A DNA stretch of 55,164 bases from a virus (Duplodnaviria > Caudoviricetes). Of this stretch, positions 30,601 to 38,624 are shown piece by piece. Within the stretch, counting starts at the first letter, position 1, and each line of letters starts with the position of its first letter. Both the position numbers and the translations under genes were made by a program. Under the pieces are notes generated by a model that did not search any database, was not told the origin of the DNA, and saw nothing but the letters and a program-made list of their open reading frames with translations. The stretch is taken from positions 1 through 55,164 of the IMG/VR virus record IMGVR_UViG_3300046466_000192; one strand, 5' to 3'.

Positions 30601-33600
30601 AAGTAAAAAGAAAGGTGAAGTTGTTATTGACGCTAATTATGAATTACATCTTAGAGAAAACTATGATATAAGTATAGCCGCTTTACCTCTTGATGTTATA
30701 AAAAAGTCTTACGGAAAGCTTTTTAATTTAACTAAAACTGGTAGAGAAAAAACAGCTGTAGGTAAAGGTACTTTTCAAATGACAAAGCCTAGTAAAATAG
30801 ACTGGATAAAACATCACACGGTTGGAGGTTACACTACTTTGTTAGCTAGACAAAAAACATATGCTACAAGTATATCTAATGAGTTTGTTAAAAACGAACT
30901 TATAAAACTAAAAAGTGATCCTGTCTTTATGAACGAATTAGCTGATATTGCTAATTTAAGTCAGTCAGATGTAAACGTGACAGCAATAGAAGCTTCTATA
31001 GATAAACTAATAAATGCTTTAGATAGAAAAAAAGGAGAAGCAAAAGGTTTTGACACAACACTTCAGTTTTCAATAACAGAAAATCAAGCTCAAGATATAA
31101 TACAAAACAAAGAGGCTATATTAGAAGGTATAAGACAACTAGGTGATTCTATTACAAGTAGTACGGTTGGCTTAATGCTTAATAAAACCCTAGACCCAGG
31201 TGTTTGGACGTCTAAAGATGTAGCTAACTACAGAGCGGCAATAACAAAAGCTATAACAAAGTTTGTTAAATATGAAGATCAAAATGTTGATTTAAGTAAA
31301 ATGATACTTGAAGAGGTTGCTACAGATTCAGTGGCAACTAATTTGTCTAGAATATTTAATCTAAATTCATTAGATATAGTTGTAAATGGTATTACTCAAA
31401 AGTTTAAAAACTTTGGTCAAATATTTACACTTAAAAAATACGTTTCAAGACAAAGAAATCATTACTTATCTTATGCCGATGAAACTATAAACAGTGTAGA
31501 TGATGTAATAAATCATTTAAAACACTTTAGAGGCCACATGACTAGTGCTGGTAAAAAATATTTTTTAGTAAAAAGAAACCAAATATTTTCAGGAAACCAA
31601 GATTATATAGATAGTTTAAATAAAATATTAGAGCCTAAAAGTATTCGTATAAATGCAGTAACTAAAGGTAATGGAACAAGTATTTTAAGCATAACAGATT
31701 TAGATGGTAATATACTTGAAATTACTGATTCAGAAGGAAACGCTACTGTTTTAAATGAAAAAGGTGTAAAAGCAGCTATAACAACACCGGCTCAATCTGG
31801 TTATGTAGGCAGTGGTAAAACTAAAAGGGTTAAGAGTAAACAAGCTTTTAAAGATGAACTTGATATTAGAAAAAAATCTGCGGACGAAGCTTGGAATAAT
31901 CTAATAAGTTTATTAACCTATATAAAGAAAAACGGTAGTCCACTTGATTTTGCTATGACCATGATGAGTTTAAAATCTAATATGGCTAGTATGTTAAAGG
32001 CTGCGGCGCCTGTAGAATATTATTTTGTTGGGCCAAATGTTGATACTGTTGTTTACGAGCATATAATACCTACTGAATATATAGTGTTAAAACTAACTCA
32101 GCATTTTTATGGCGCTCCTATAGACTTAAACGCTTTAAAAGATAGATATAAAGTGGCTATAGTTCCAGAAATTATGGATAACAACATAAATATACAAAGA
32201 CAAAAGGTCATGCCTGCTTACTGGAACGAGTCTATGCACGAAACTTTAAGGTATTTTGATGAGTTAACTCTTGGTATGAACAACATGTTTGTTATAGAGT
32301 CTTTAACTGATGGTGTTAAATATGGCGAAAATCATGCTAAAGTGTCTAGCTTGCAGTTTTCTAGAACAAATTTAGAAAAACAAACAATGTTAAATAAAGC
32401 AATACAGATAGCTAGAAATCCTTTTGCACCTGAAAAAGGTATTAGTGTATTTGATTTTGACGACACTATAGCTAGATCAAATAGCAAAGTTAGTTATACT
32501 CTTCCTGATGGAACTCAAGGTAAGATAAATGCTACTGAGTTTGCTTTACAGTCTGCGGATCTTGAAGCTGCTGGTGCTACGTTTGATTTTAGCGAGTTTA
32601 ACAAAGTTGTAGAAGGTAAAAAAGGTCCTTTATTTGACCTTGCTATGAGACGACAAGATAAGTTTACAAGTAAAGACATTTTTATATTAACAGCAAGACC
32701 ACAAGAAGCCGCGATAGCAATACACGCTTTTCTAAAAGGATTAGGTCTTACTATACCTATAGAGAATATAACAGGTTTGGCAGATGGTAGGCCATCAGCT
32801 AAGTCTGATTGGATAATAAGTAAGGCGGCTGAAGGTTATAATAATTTTTATTTTGCTGACGACGCTTATAAAAACGTGAAAGCTGTTCAAGATGTTTTAG
32901 ATGTAATAGATGTAAAAAGAGATGTTCAACAAGCTAAACTACAGTTTTCTAGAACAATGGAAGAACAGTTTAACGACATACTAGAACAAACAAAAGGAGT
33001 TAAGTCTGAAAAAAGATTTTCCGACGCAGCAGCTAGATCAAGAGGTAAAGACATTGGTAAGTGGAAGTTTTTCTTACCACCATCAGCAGAAGACTTTGTA
33101 GGTTTAATATATAGCTTTTTAGGAAAAGGCAAAGTTGGTGAAGCTCAAATGGAGTTTTTTAATAAAACTCTTGTTAAACCATTTGCTAGAGCAATGGACG
33201 AGTTGAATAGAACTAAACAAGCTTTAGCTAATAACTTTAGAGCTCTTAAAAAAGCGTATCCAGAGGCTGCTAAAAAATTATCTAAGATAACACCTTATAA
33301 CAATTTTACCTATAGTACAGCTGTTAGAGTTTACATATGGACTAAAGCAGGTATTACGATACCAGGATTATCTAAAACAGATATAAAAAGATTAAATGAA
33401 ATAGTACAAAACGATAAAGAGCTTAAACAGTTTGCTGATGCTATTGATTTAATGACAAAGGAAAGAGGTTTTCCTGCGCCTGGTGAAAACTGGTTAGTGG
33501 GTAACTTAGCAACAGATATAAAAGATATAACCGATAAAGTAGGTAGAAAAGAGTTTTTAGCAGAGTGGATAGCAAATAAAGAAGTTATATTTAGCAAAGA

Positions 33601-35017
33601 AAATTTAAACAAAATAGAGGCTATATATGGTAGTAATTTTAGAGAAGCACTTGAAGATATGCTCTATCGTATGGAAAATGGCACAAATAGGAACTTTGGT
33701 AAGAACAGATTAGTTAATTCTTTCTCAAATTGGGTGAATAATAGTGTAGGTGCTATAATGTTTTTTAACATGAGATCAGCTATACTTCAAACTATATCTT
33801 TTGTTAACTTTATAAACTGGAGTGACAACAACCCTTTGAATTTTGCTAAAGCTATATTAAACACTAAACAGTTTTCTAAAGATTTCGTAACTTTATTTAA
33901 CTCAGACATGCTTAAGCAAAGAAGATCTGGTATTGGTAGAGATGTAAACGAATCTGAGATAGCCGAGGCAATGAGCGGTGCTAGAAACAAACCTCAAGCT
34001 ATATTAAATTATTTGCTCAGAATAGGTTTTACACCAACGCAAATAGCGGATAGCTTTGCAATATCTATGGGTGGAGCTGCTTTTTATAGAAACAGAATAA
34101 ATACATACCTAAAACAAGGTATGACACAGGAGCAAGCTTTAGATCAAGCTTTTAAAGACTTTCAAGAAACTACTGAAGTTTCTCAGCAGTCTTCAAGACC
34201 TGATATGATTAGCCAGCAGCAAGCTGGTCCACTAGGTAGATTAATATTAGCTTTTCAGAATACACCTATGCAGTACACTAGATTAATAAAGAAGGCTTTT
34301 CTTGATTTAATGGCTGGTAGAGGCGATGCTAAAACTAATATGTCTAAAATTTTATACTACGGAGCTGTGCAAAACTTTATATTTGCAGCAATGCAATCAG
34401 CTTTATTTGCAATGCTATTTGACGACGATGAAGATGAAGATAAGTATGGTAAAAAGAAAACTAGAATAGCAAACACAATGACAGATTCTATACTTAGAGG
34501 TTCTGGTATATTTGGAGCTGGTATTTCAACTATGAAAAATATGATATTAAAATTCATGGAACAAGAAGAAAAAGGTTGGAATGCTGATCACGCTTACACG
34601 GTGATAGAAGCGGCTAACTTATCACCACCTATTGGTTCTAAACTAAGAAAATTATATTCTGGTATACAAACATATAAATTTAATAAAGACGTAATATCAC
34701 ATAAAGGTTTTAGCTTAGACAATCCTATATTGCAAACAGGTGGTAATGTGGTTTCAGCTATAACAAATATACCTTTAGATAGAGTTGTTAACAAATACAA
34801 TAATTTAAGAGGAGTTGCTAATAGTAAAAACGAGAGCTGGCAAAGACTAGCCATGCTGCTAGGTTGGAACTCTTGGGATGTTGACGCTGAAATAGATCCT
34901 GAACTTGAAGGTTTAAAAAAGAGATTAAAAAAGAGAAAAAAGTTAAAGAAAAAAATATCAGCTTCTGAAAAAGCTAGAAGAGACGCTATAAGAAAAAAAT
35001 ACTACCAAAATAACTAA
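27659..35017 (+). CDS. Giant multidomain ejection (polyvalent) protein
   Basis: 2452 aa: G/A-rich hydrophobic N-region, zincin HEFLH (aa 609), EHIIP motif, HAD domain DFDDT/TAR/K/DD, LPD38-like helical C-terminus (AFQNTPMQY). Confidence 0.8.
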   Translation: MEELELIVDRMIKAGEPEEAIAGVVKSYTSGKTSDPVIKEASTGSKEDTASQSEDTFSESPFWNHDETQEKQGYFEETFGKGLLTNLADDFTRIIGGGNAQGAGVNEAFDLYKFGPEMTDEQYQDLIDASRRLEEYGQTDEMIYASQQYEKYKKEGDGGVKAWLKAYITLDNPTALPQYMVQSLVGMGRSLVDSEEVAGFAAAGAGTGAGLGAGGGAAVGSVFAGVGAVPGAAIGAKLGAVSGFMGGLSGAMETSLTTMDLVREKAIENGVDWSNSTDEQRIQAIKDITNNKESFDDLKSKALARGVTIGVIDAATGVVTMGAAKGVGGLTTKSVLSSATKPLSATAAAITESGGGIASEYYGQKAAGQEFNLEEIMIEGFADKTFTTVGIAKGAFTGSPKYSINGETMNGKKFHDAIKLMDDEAYVSADIKVENSPAVERVVNNRRSNINLDQKVDSRINNSDDRSTVIKLMKEQKSLNKNKEGNASRLAEIQEEINTINEKYKGNKVDVTIEQRKQAVAKAIDDKFEASFNKNLKAVKEAAAKKDTTIDVFEDDDAYYNKIAENQNITPQEAKTKAKGSDGVFVGKGQIFINKAQAKKVGAVGVASHEFLHPVLNAAIGNSKQQGKIVSDFKKSLTSKQRAYVDKKLKANYDPSQWDTEYLNIFSDGIQNGDINYDQTLFEKIGESIKRFFVGQGFDNISFDSGRDVYNFLKEYNTSIKKEGKVSKKAMDAITAAEQKTGRKVGSVETVGNMQMSRTEDVAEVNRIYEANENKDIAGFEIADKYRGMAESTFKSLRDGSNYTNDQKDVLDQNKEDIIAMMLYDKIPSQKETSKARNVVGLVKDFVKEKQKYRNVAAYINTFFKERSKEAFKYYVKDAVLEGMTTEDGTLKSSVAKKTSKQSSVNQGKEARKLTSFDKLKSKKESFLTPALKKSIFNEVSKNIKLVVAKTGTNLQSAINSMESIVNNEVRKIVTKDLGNISKKKGEVVIDANYELHLRENYDISIAALPLDVIKKSYGKLFNLTKTGREKTAVGKGTFQMTKPSKIDWIKHHTVGGYTTLLARQKTYATSISNEFVKNELIKLKSDPVFMNELADIANLSQSDVNVTAIEASIDKLINALDRKKGEAKGFDTTLQFSITENQAQDIIQNKEAILEGIRQLGDSITSSTVGLMLNKTLDPGVWTSKDVANYRAAITKAITKFVKYEDQNVDLSKMILEEVATDSVATNLSRIFNLNSLDIVVNGITQKFKNFGQIFTLKKYVSRQRNHYLSYADETINSVDDVINHLKHFRGHMTSAGKKYFLVKRNQIFSGNQDYIDSLNKILEPKSIRINAVTKGNGTSILSITDLDGNILEITDSEGNATVLNEKGVKAAITTPAQSGYVGSGKTKRVKSKQAFKDELDIRKKSADEAWNNLISLLTYIKKNGSPLDFAMTMMSLKSNMASMLKAAAPVEYYFVGPNVDTVVYEHIIPTEYIVLKLTQHFYGAPIDLNALKDRYKVAIVPEIMDNNINIQRQKVMPAYWNESMHETLRYFDELTLGMNNMFVIESLTDGVKYGENHAKVSSLQFSRTNLEKQTMLNKAIQIARNPFAPEKGISVFDFDDTIARSNSKVSYTLPDGTQGKINATEFALQSADLEAAGATFDFSEFNKVVEGKKGPLFDLAMRRQDKFTSKDIFILTARPQEAAIAIHAFLKGLGLTIPIENITGLADGRPSAKSDWIISKAAEGYNNFYFADDAYKNVKAVQDVLDVIDVKRDVQQAKLQFSRTMEEQFNDILEQTKGVKSEKRFSDAAARSRGKDIGKWKFFLPPSAEDFVGLIYSFLGKGKVGEAQMEFFNKTLVKPFARAMDELNRTKQALANNFRALKKAYPEAAKKLSKITPYNNFTYSTAVRVYIWTKAGITIPGLSKTDIKRLNEIVQNDKELKQFADAIDLMTKERGFPAPGENWLVGNLATDIKDITDKVGRKEFLAEWIANKEVIFSKENLNKIEAIYGSNFREALEDMLYRMENGTNRNFGKNRLVNSFSNWVNNSVGAIMFFNMRSAILQTISFVNFINWSDNNPLNFAKAILNTKQFSKDFVTLFNSDMLKQRRSGIGRDVNESEIAEAMSGARNKPQAILNYLLRIGFTPTQIADSFAISMGGAAFYRNRINTYLKQGMTQEQALDQAFKDFQETTEVSQQSSRPDMISQQQAGPLGRLILAFQNTPMQYTRLIKKAFLDLMAGRGDAKTNMSKILYYGAVQNFIFAAMQSALFAMLFDDDEDEDKYGKKKTRIANTMTDSILRGSGIFGAGISTMKNMILKFMEQEEKGWNADHAYTVIEAANLSPPIGSKLRKLYSGIQTYKFNKDVISHKGFSLDNPILQTGGNVVSAITNIPLDRVVNKYNNLRGVANSKNESWQRLAMLLGWNSWDVDAEIDPELEGLKKRLKKRKKLKKKISASEKARRDAIRKKYYQNN
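32354..32957 (+). repeat. 16-nt direct repeats flanking HAD domain
   Basis: CAGTTTTCTAGAACAA at 32354-32369 and 32942-32957, both in frame (QFSRT). Confidence 0.8.
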
Positions 35018-35019
35018 TA

Positions 35020-36255
35020 ATGAAAAAAATATTAATTACCATTTTAACGCTGTTTACATTTGCAATAAACGCGCAAGAAAAAGAAAAGAAAAACTTTTTT
35101 AAAGGTTTTTATGAAGACTTTTTTAAGTACGCTACAGTATACGCTGCTGGAGACTACAGAGCTGCTTATGAGTCGTCTGATAAAAAATATTTAATAAGAC
35201 AACCTGATGGCGCTGGTTTATACGATGTCCCTGAGGTTGTTGATGTGACAGAGTATTTTCCATCAGATTATAGAATAGGTTTTGGTATACGTAAACTAGG
35301 TAGATTTGATTATGAAAGAAAACCAGGTAATTTTTGGACTGGTGATCAAAATGTAGAAAGACAAAATGCTTTAATAGCGCCTACATCTGCTGTAAAAGGT
35401 TGGGAATATTTATTTCATTTTGAAAAAGAAAGACGTAGAGGTGAAGAGTGGAATAATCAAAGATATTTTTTAAGACATACGGGTAAGTATCACATTGTAA
35501 AATTAGAATCAAGATACCAAGGTGCTTTTGATTTTAATTACAACGCTGTAGACGTAAGAGCTAGATTACCTATTGGTAAAAAGTTTAGTATATCTGCTGG
35601 TGCAGCATTTAGAACACATGAAAGAGTTTACGGTGTTAATCCTTATGAAATATGGGTTAGCGCGTTAGACGCTAATGGTAATCAAGAAAATTACTGGTAT
35701 GAACTAGCTTATGAGTATGGTTATCAAGACGCTTATTACACTACTGAAATTTATAACCCTATAACTGGTGAAGAAGAAAACGTTGGTGGTTATTTTTGGT
35801 GGAACCCAGAAGGACAAATAGTAGCTTCATCTGATCCTCAGTTTAGAGATGGTCCTTATAAACAACTAATATCACGATATAATAACGATATTTTAGGTAA
35901 CACAGGAACTTTTGGTTTAGTTAGCCCGGTTGTAGGTTTTGACTGGTATCATTATAAGTCTAAGTTCTGGGCTCATGTATATGGATCTGCTTTCTTACCT
36001 TACCACAAATACGTCATGGGTGACGAAGATGATCAAGGTAGAATACCATTATCGTATTTATATAGAAACAGTTGGGACCAATATGGTTTAGCTGATGACG
36101 CTGATGGCGAGCAATGGTGGGATTATCAAGCTGGTGCTAACATTGGGTGGAAGCTTAGTAAATCAATAGGTGTATTTGCGGAAGGTGAATATACTAAAAT
36201 GTGGGATTCAGAATTTTTTATAACAACGTTTGGGATAAACTTTACATTCAAATAA
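35020..36255 (+). CDS. Putative outer-membrane beta-barrel protein
   Basis: Sec signal peptide MKKILITILTLFTFAINA|QE, alternating aromatic beta-strands, C-terminal FGINFTFK beta-signal-like end. Confidence 0.65.
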   Translation: MKKILITILTLFTFAINAQEKEKKNFFKGFYEDFFKYATVYAAGDYRAAYESSDKKYLIRQPDGAGLYDVPEVVDVTEYFPSDYRIGFGIRKLGRFDYERKPGNFWTGDQNVERQNALIAPTSAVKGWEYLFHFEKERRRGEEWNNQRYFLRHTGKYHIVKLESRYQGAFDFNYNAVDVRARLPIGKKFSISAGAAFRTHERVYGVNPYEIWVSALDANGNQENYWYELAYEYGYQDAYYTTEIYNPITGEEENVGGYFWWNPEGQIVASSDPQFRDGPYKQLISRYNNDILGNTGTFGLVSPVVGFDWYHYKSKFWAHVYGSAFLPYHKYVMGDEDDQGRIPLSYLYRNSWDQYGLADDADGEQWWDYQAGANIGWKLSKSIGVFAEGEYTKMWDSEFFITTFGINFTFK

Positions 36256-36257
36256 TT

Positions 36258-36545
36258 ATGGCAGCACCAGAAATAGGAGAGAACACAAAGGTAACTCTAG
36301 ATTTAAAAACAATAGGATTAATAATAGGTGGAGTAGTTTCACTAGCTAGTATGTATTTTATAATGCAAGCAGATATTGCTCTTGCTATGGAAATGCCTAA
36401 ACCTGTTATTGATAGAGTAGAATATGATTTAAAAGACGAGTTGATACGTCAAACAATTATGGACACTCAAGATGATGTAGAGGAGATAAAAGAGACTATA
36501 GATAAAATAGATCAAAGACTTTACGAAATACAAAAAAATAGATAA
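36258..36545 (+). CDS. Single-TM coiled-coil protein (holin/XhlA- or i-spanin-like)
   Basis: Likely start ATG 36258 after A/T-rich leader; TM IGLIIGGVVSLASMYFIM followed by coiled coil. Confidence 0.6.
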   Translation: MAAPEIGENTKVTLDLKTIGLIIGGVVSLASMYFIMQADIALAMEMPKPVIDRVEYDLKDELIRQTIMDTQDDVEEIKETIDKIDQRLYEIQKNR

Positions 36546-36958
36546 TGAAATACTTAATTTTACTTTTTACGGTACCACTGCTTTCAATTAGTCAAGTAGA
36601 CGTGCCAGAGGAATACTGGATAAATGATTCTAATTTTGAAGAGTCTATAAGCAAAAAATCAGCTTTTGGTGACGAAGATAACAAACCTGTTTTAGTAGAG
36701 TTTTGGGCAGAGTTTAATAAAGCAAATTGTTTTTCTGATTGGGAAAAGGTTGAAAATGTTACGTATTACAGAGTAAATATAGCTGAGGCACCTGAGGCAA
36801 AAAAGAAATACAGAGTACGTATGGCACCTACTCTTATAATATTTAAAAACGGTATTAAAGAAAAAGTTTTTAAAGCAGGTTTAGATCTTGTGTTGCCTGC
36901 AGATTTAAAAGAAATACAAGATAGTATAGACGAAATAAATACAGCAAATAAATTTTAA
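36545..36958 (+). CDS. Secreted thioredoxin-fold protein lacking CxxC
   Basis: Signal peptide; KPVLVEFWAEFN in place of FWAxWCxxC; cis-Pro loop MAPTLIIFKNG. Confidence 0.7.
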   Translation: MKYLILLFTVPLLSISQVDVPEEYWINDSNFEESISKKSAFGDEDNKPVLVEFWAEFNKANCFSDWEKVENVTYYRVNIAEAPEAKKKYRVRMAPTLIIFKNGIKEKVFKAGLDLVLPADLKEIQDSIDEINTANKF

Positions 36959-36961
36959 ATT

Positions 36962-37195
36962 ATGTGGAAATTAACTAAACAGTACTGGAAGGACATGTGG
37001 AAAGCTTTATGGAGCAAAACAACTATAGATGAAAAAGCAATAGCTACAGTACAAGAAATTAAAAAAAGATATAAACTCACAGCTGCGGAACTAGCTGACG
37101 TAGCAGACGCTATTAAAGAAGTTGGTAATCAAATTGGAGACATAGATGACGCTGTAAAAGGCAAGGCTAGAAAAGGTAGAAAAACAAAAAAATAA
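36962..37195 (+). CDS. Hypothetical amphipathic protein
   Basis: 77 aa, Trp-rich amphipathic N-helix, basic tail. Confidence 0.65.
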   Translation: MWKLTKQYWKDMWKALWSKTTIDEKAIATVQEIKKRYKLTAAELADVADAIKEVGNQIGDIDDAVKGKARKGRKTKK

Positions 37196-37549
37196 ATGAA
37201 AAAAATTATAGCTTTATTACTTATCCCGTATTTTTCAATGGCTCAACTAGATATATACGGTTGGGAAGTTCAAGAAGATAAAGCTATGCATTATTTAGCT
37301 GGTGCTGCTATAACTAGTATATCTCACGATTTAATTTTTGAGCATACTAAAAGTAAAGAAAAAGCTATAATGTATTCTATCGCTACTACTTTAGCTGTAG
37401 CGACTTTTAAAGAAGTTTTTATAGATAGAGGGCATGGTGATGGTCAAGATATAGCGGCTAGTATGTATGGCGCAATAACTGTAGGCGTCGCGATAGAGCT
37501 TGATGGTTTATTTAGAAAAAAAAGAAATAAAATAAAATGGAAAAAATAA
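37196..37549 (+). CDS. YfiM/VanZ-like membrane protein
   Basis: Signal peptide, DKxxH...KE..D...D.AA...G motif with hydrophobic helices. Confidence 0.55.
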   Translation: MKKIIALLLIPYFSMAQLDIYGWEVQEDKAMHYLAGAAITSISHDLIFEHTKSKEKAIMYSIATTLAVATFKEVFIDRGHGDGQDIAASMYGAITVGVAIELDGLFRKKRNKIKWKK

Positions 37550-37998
37550 GCAAACACGTAAGTTACCGTGAAGGTGTGTATAGCAGAACAGCGGAGAGAC
37601 TTGGTTTGAAAAATGATCCTACTGATGAGCATCTAGCTAATATGAAGCTTATTGCAGAAAAAGTGTTTGAACCTCTTAGAGTACACGTAGGTGGTCCTAT
37701 AAAGATTAATTCCTTTTATCGTGGTCCAGAATTAAACAAAGCTGTCGGTGGATCTTCAAAATCACAACATTGTCACGGTCAAGCAATTGATATTGATGAT
37801 ACTTTTGGTCATGCAACTAATGCTGAAATGTATAAATACATAAAAGAAAACTTAAACTTTGATCAGATGATATGGGAATTTGGTACAGATGAGAATCCTA
37901 ATTGGGTTCACGTGAGCTACGTTAGCGAAGACAAAAATAGAAACAGATGCTTAAAAGCTTATAAAGAAAATAACAAAACTAAATACATGATAATATGA
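37537..37998 (+). CDS. Endolysin, peptidase M15 family
   Basis: SFYR...N..VGG..SQHCHGQAIDI...WVHVSY with Zn ligands H/D/H. Confidence 0.85.
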   Translation: MEKISKHVSYREGVYSRTAERLGLKNDPTDEHLANMKLIAEKVFEPLRVHVGGPIKINSFYRGPELNKAVGGSSKSQHCHGQAIDIDDTFGHATNAEMYKYIKENLNFDQMIWEFGTDENPNWVHVSYVSEDKNRNRCLKAYKENNKTKYMII

Positions 37999-38219
37999 GT
38001 ACACCATTTAAAAGAAAAGGATGTGGACCTAGAGGCTTAGGAGCTCCAAAAGGATCACCACTTAAGAAAAACCTAGACGAAACTGATCCTTGGCAGGGTG
38101 TACCTTTTAAAGGTGCAAACTCTAGTAACTCTAGCTGTTGGAAAGGCTACAAAAAAGTAGGTACTAAAAAATCACCCACAAATCCAGGGGTAACCGTAAA
38201 CGATTGTAAAAAAATATAA
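37995..38219 (+). CDS. Small basic protein with CWKGY motif
   Basis: 74 aa; CWKGYKKVGTKK...VNDC. Confidence 0.6.
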   Translation: MSTPFKRKGCGPRGLGAPKGSPLKKNLDETDPWQGVPFKGANSSNSSCWKGYKKVGTKKSPTNPGVTVNDCKKI

Positions 38220-38220
38220 T

Positions 38221-38508
38221 ATGACTTGGTTAGCTAGACAAAGATCAGCAAGTCCCTTTAAAGAAATAAAGAAAACTACTAAGGGTGAAGGTAGAAACTT
38301 TAGGTCTACCGAAGAGGGCGCTGGTATGACATCAAAAGGTGTTAAAGCTTATAAAGCTCAAAACCCAGGTAGTAATCTGCAAACAGCTGTTACAGGTGAT
38401 GTGGAGCCAGGTAGTAAAGATGCTAGAAGAAGAAAAGCATTTTGCGCTAGATCAAAAGGCTGGACAGGTGAAAGAGGTAGAGCTGCTAGAAAAAGATGGA
38501 GATGTTAA
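38221..38508 (+). CDS. Small basic protein (DUF6321-like)
   Basis: GAGMTSKGVKAY..NPGS.L...ARRRKAFCARS...RWRC pattern. Confidence 0.6.
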   Translation: MTWLARQRSASPFKEIKKTTKGEGRNFRSTEEGAGMTSKGVKAYKAQNPGSNLQTAVTGDVEPGSKDARRRKAFCARSKGWTGERGRAARKRWRC

Positions 38509-38535
38509 AAAAAAGGGGCTTTCGCCCCTTTCTTT
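38507..38535. terminator. Bidirectional rho-independent terminator at convergence of the two gene blocks
   Basis: A-tract, AAAGGGGC-TTTC-GCCCCTTT hairpin, T-rich tail. Confidence 0.8.
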
Positions 38536-38571
38536 AACTAACAAACTAACCATCACACATAAATTATTGAA

Positions 38572-38607
38572 TTTTTTATACACACTAGTTTTTATATGTA
38601 TAAAAAA
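38572..38607. repeat. AT-rich inverted repeat downstream of nrdA
   Basis: TTTTTTATACA-n14-TGTATAAAAAA perfect 11-bp arms. Confidence 0.6.
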
Positions 38608-38624
38608 GTCATAACTTCTATCAT

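Noticed and set aside
2346-34854. Many antisense ORFs inside structural genes (e.g. 8444-8899, 28201-28695)
   Set aside because: Shadow ORFs of strongly biased sense genes, with no starts, promoters or recognisable motifs.
27659-35017. Giant protein as a crAss/N4-type virion RNA polymerase
   Set aside because: The only similar motif is DFDDT in a HAD context (with TAR, K, DD), not the DxDxD of double-psi RNAPs.
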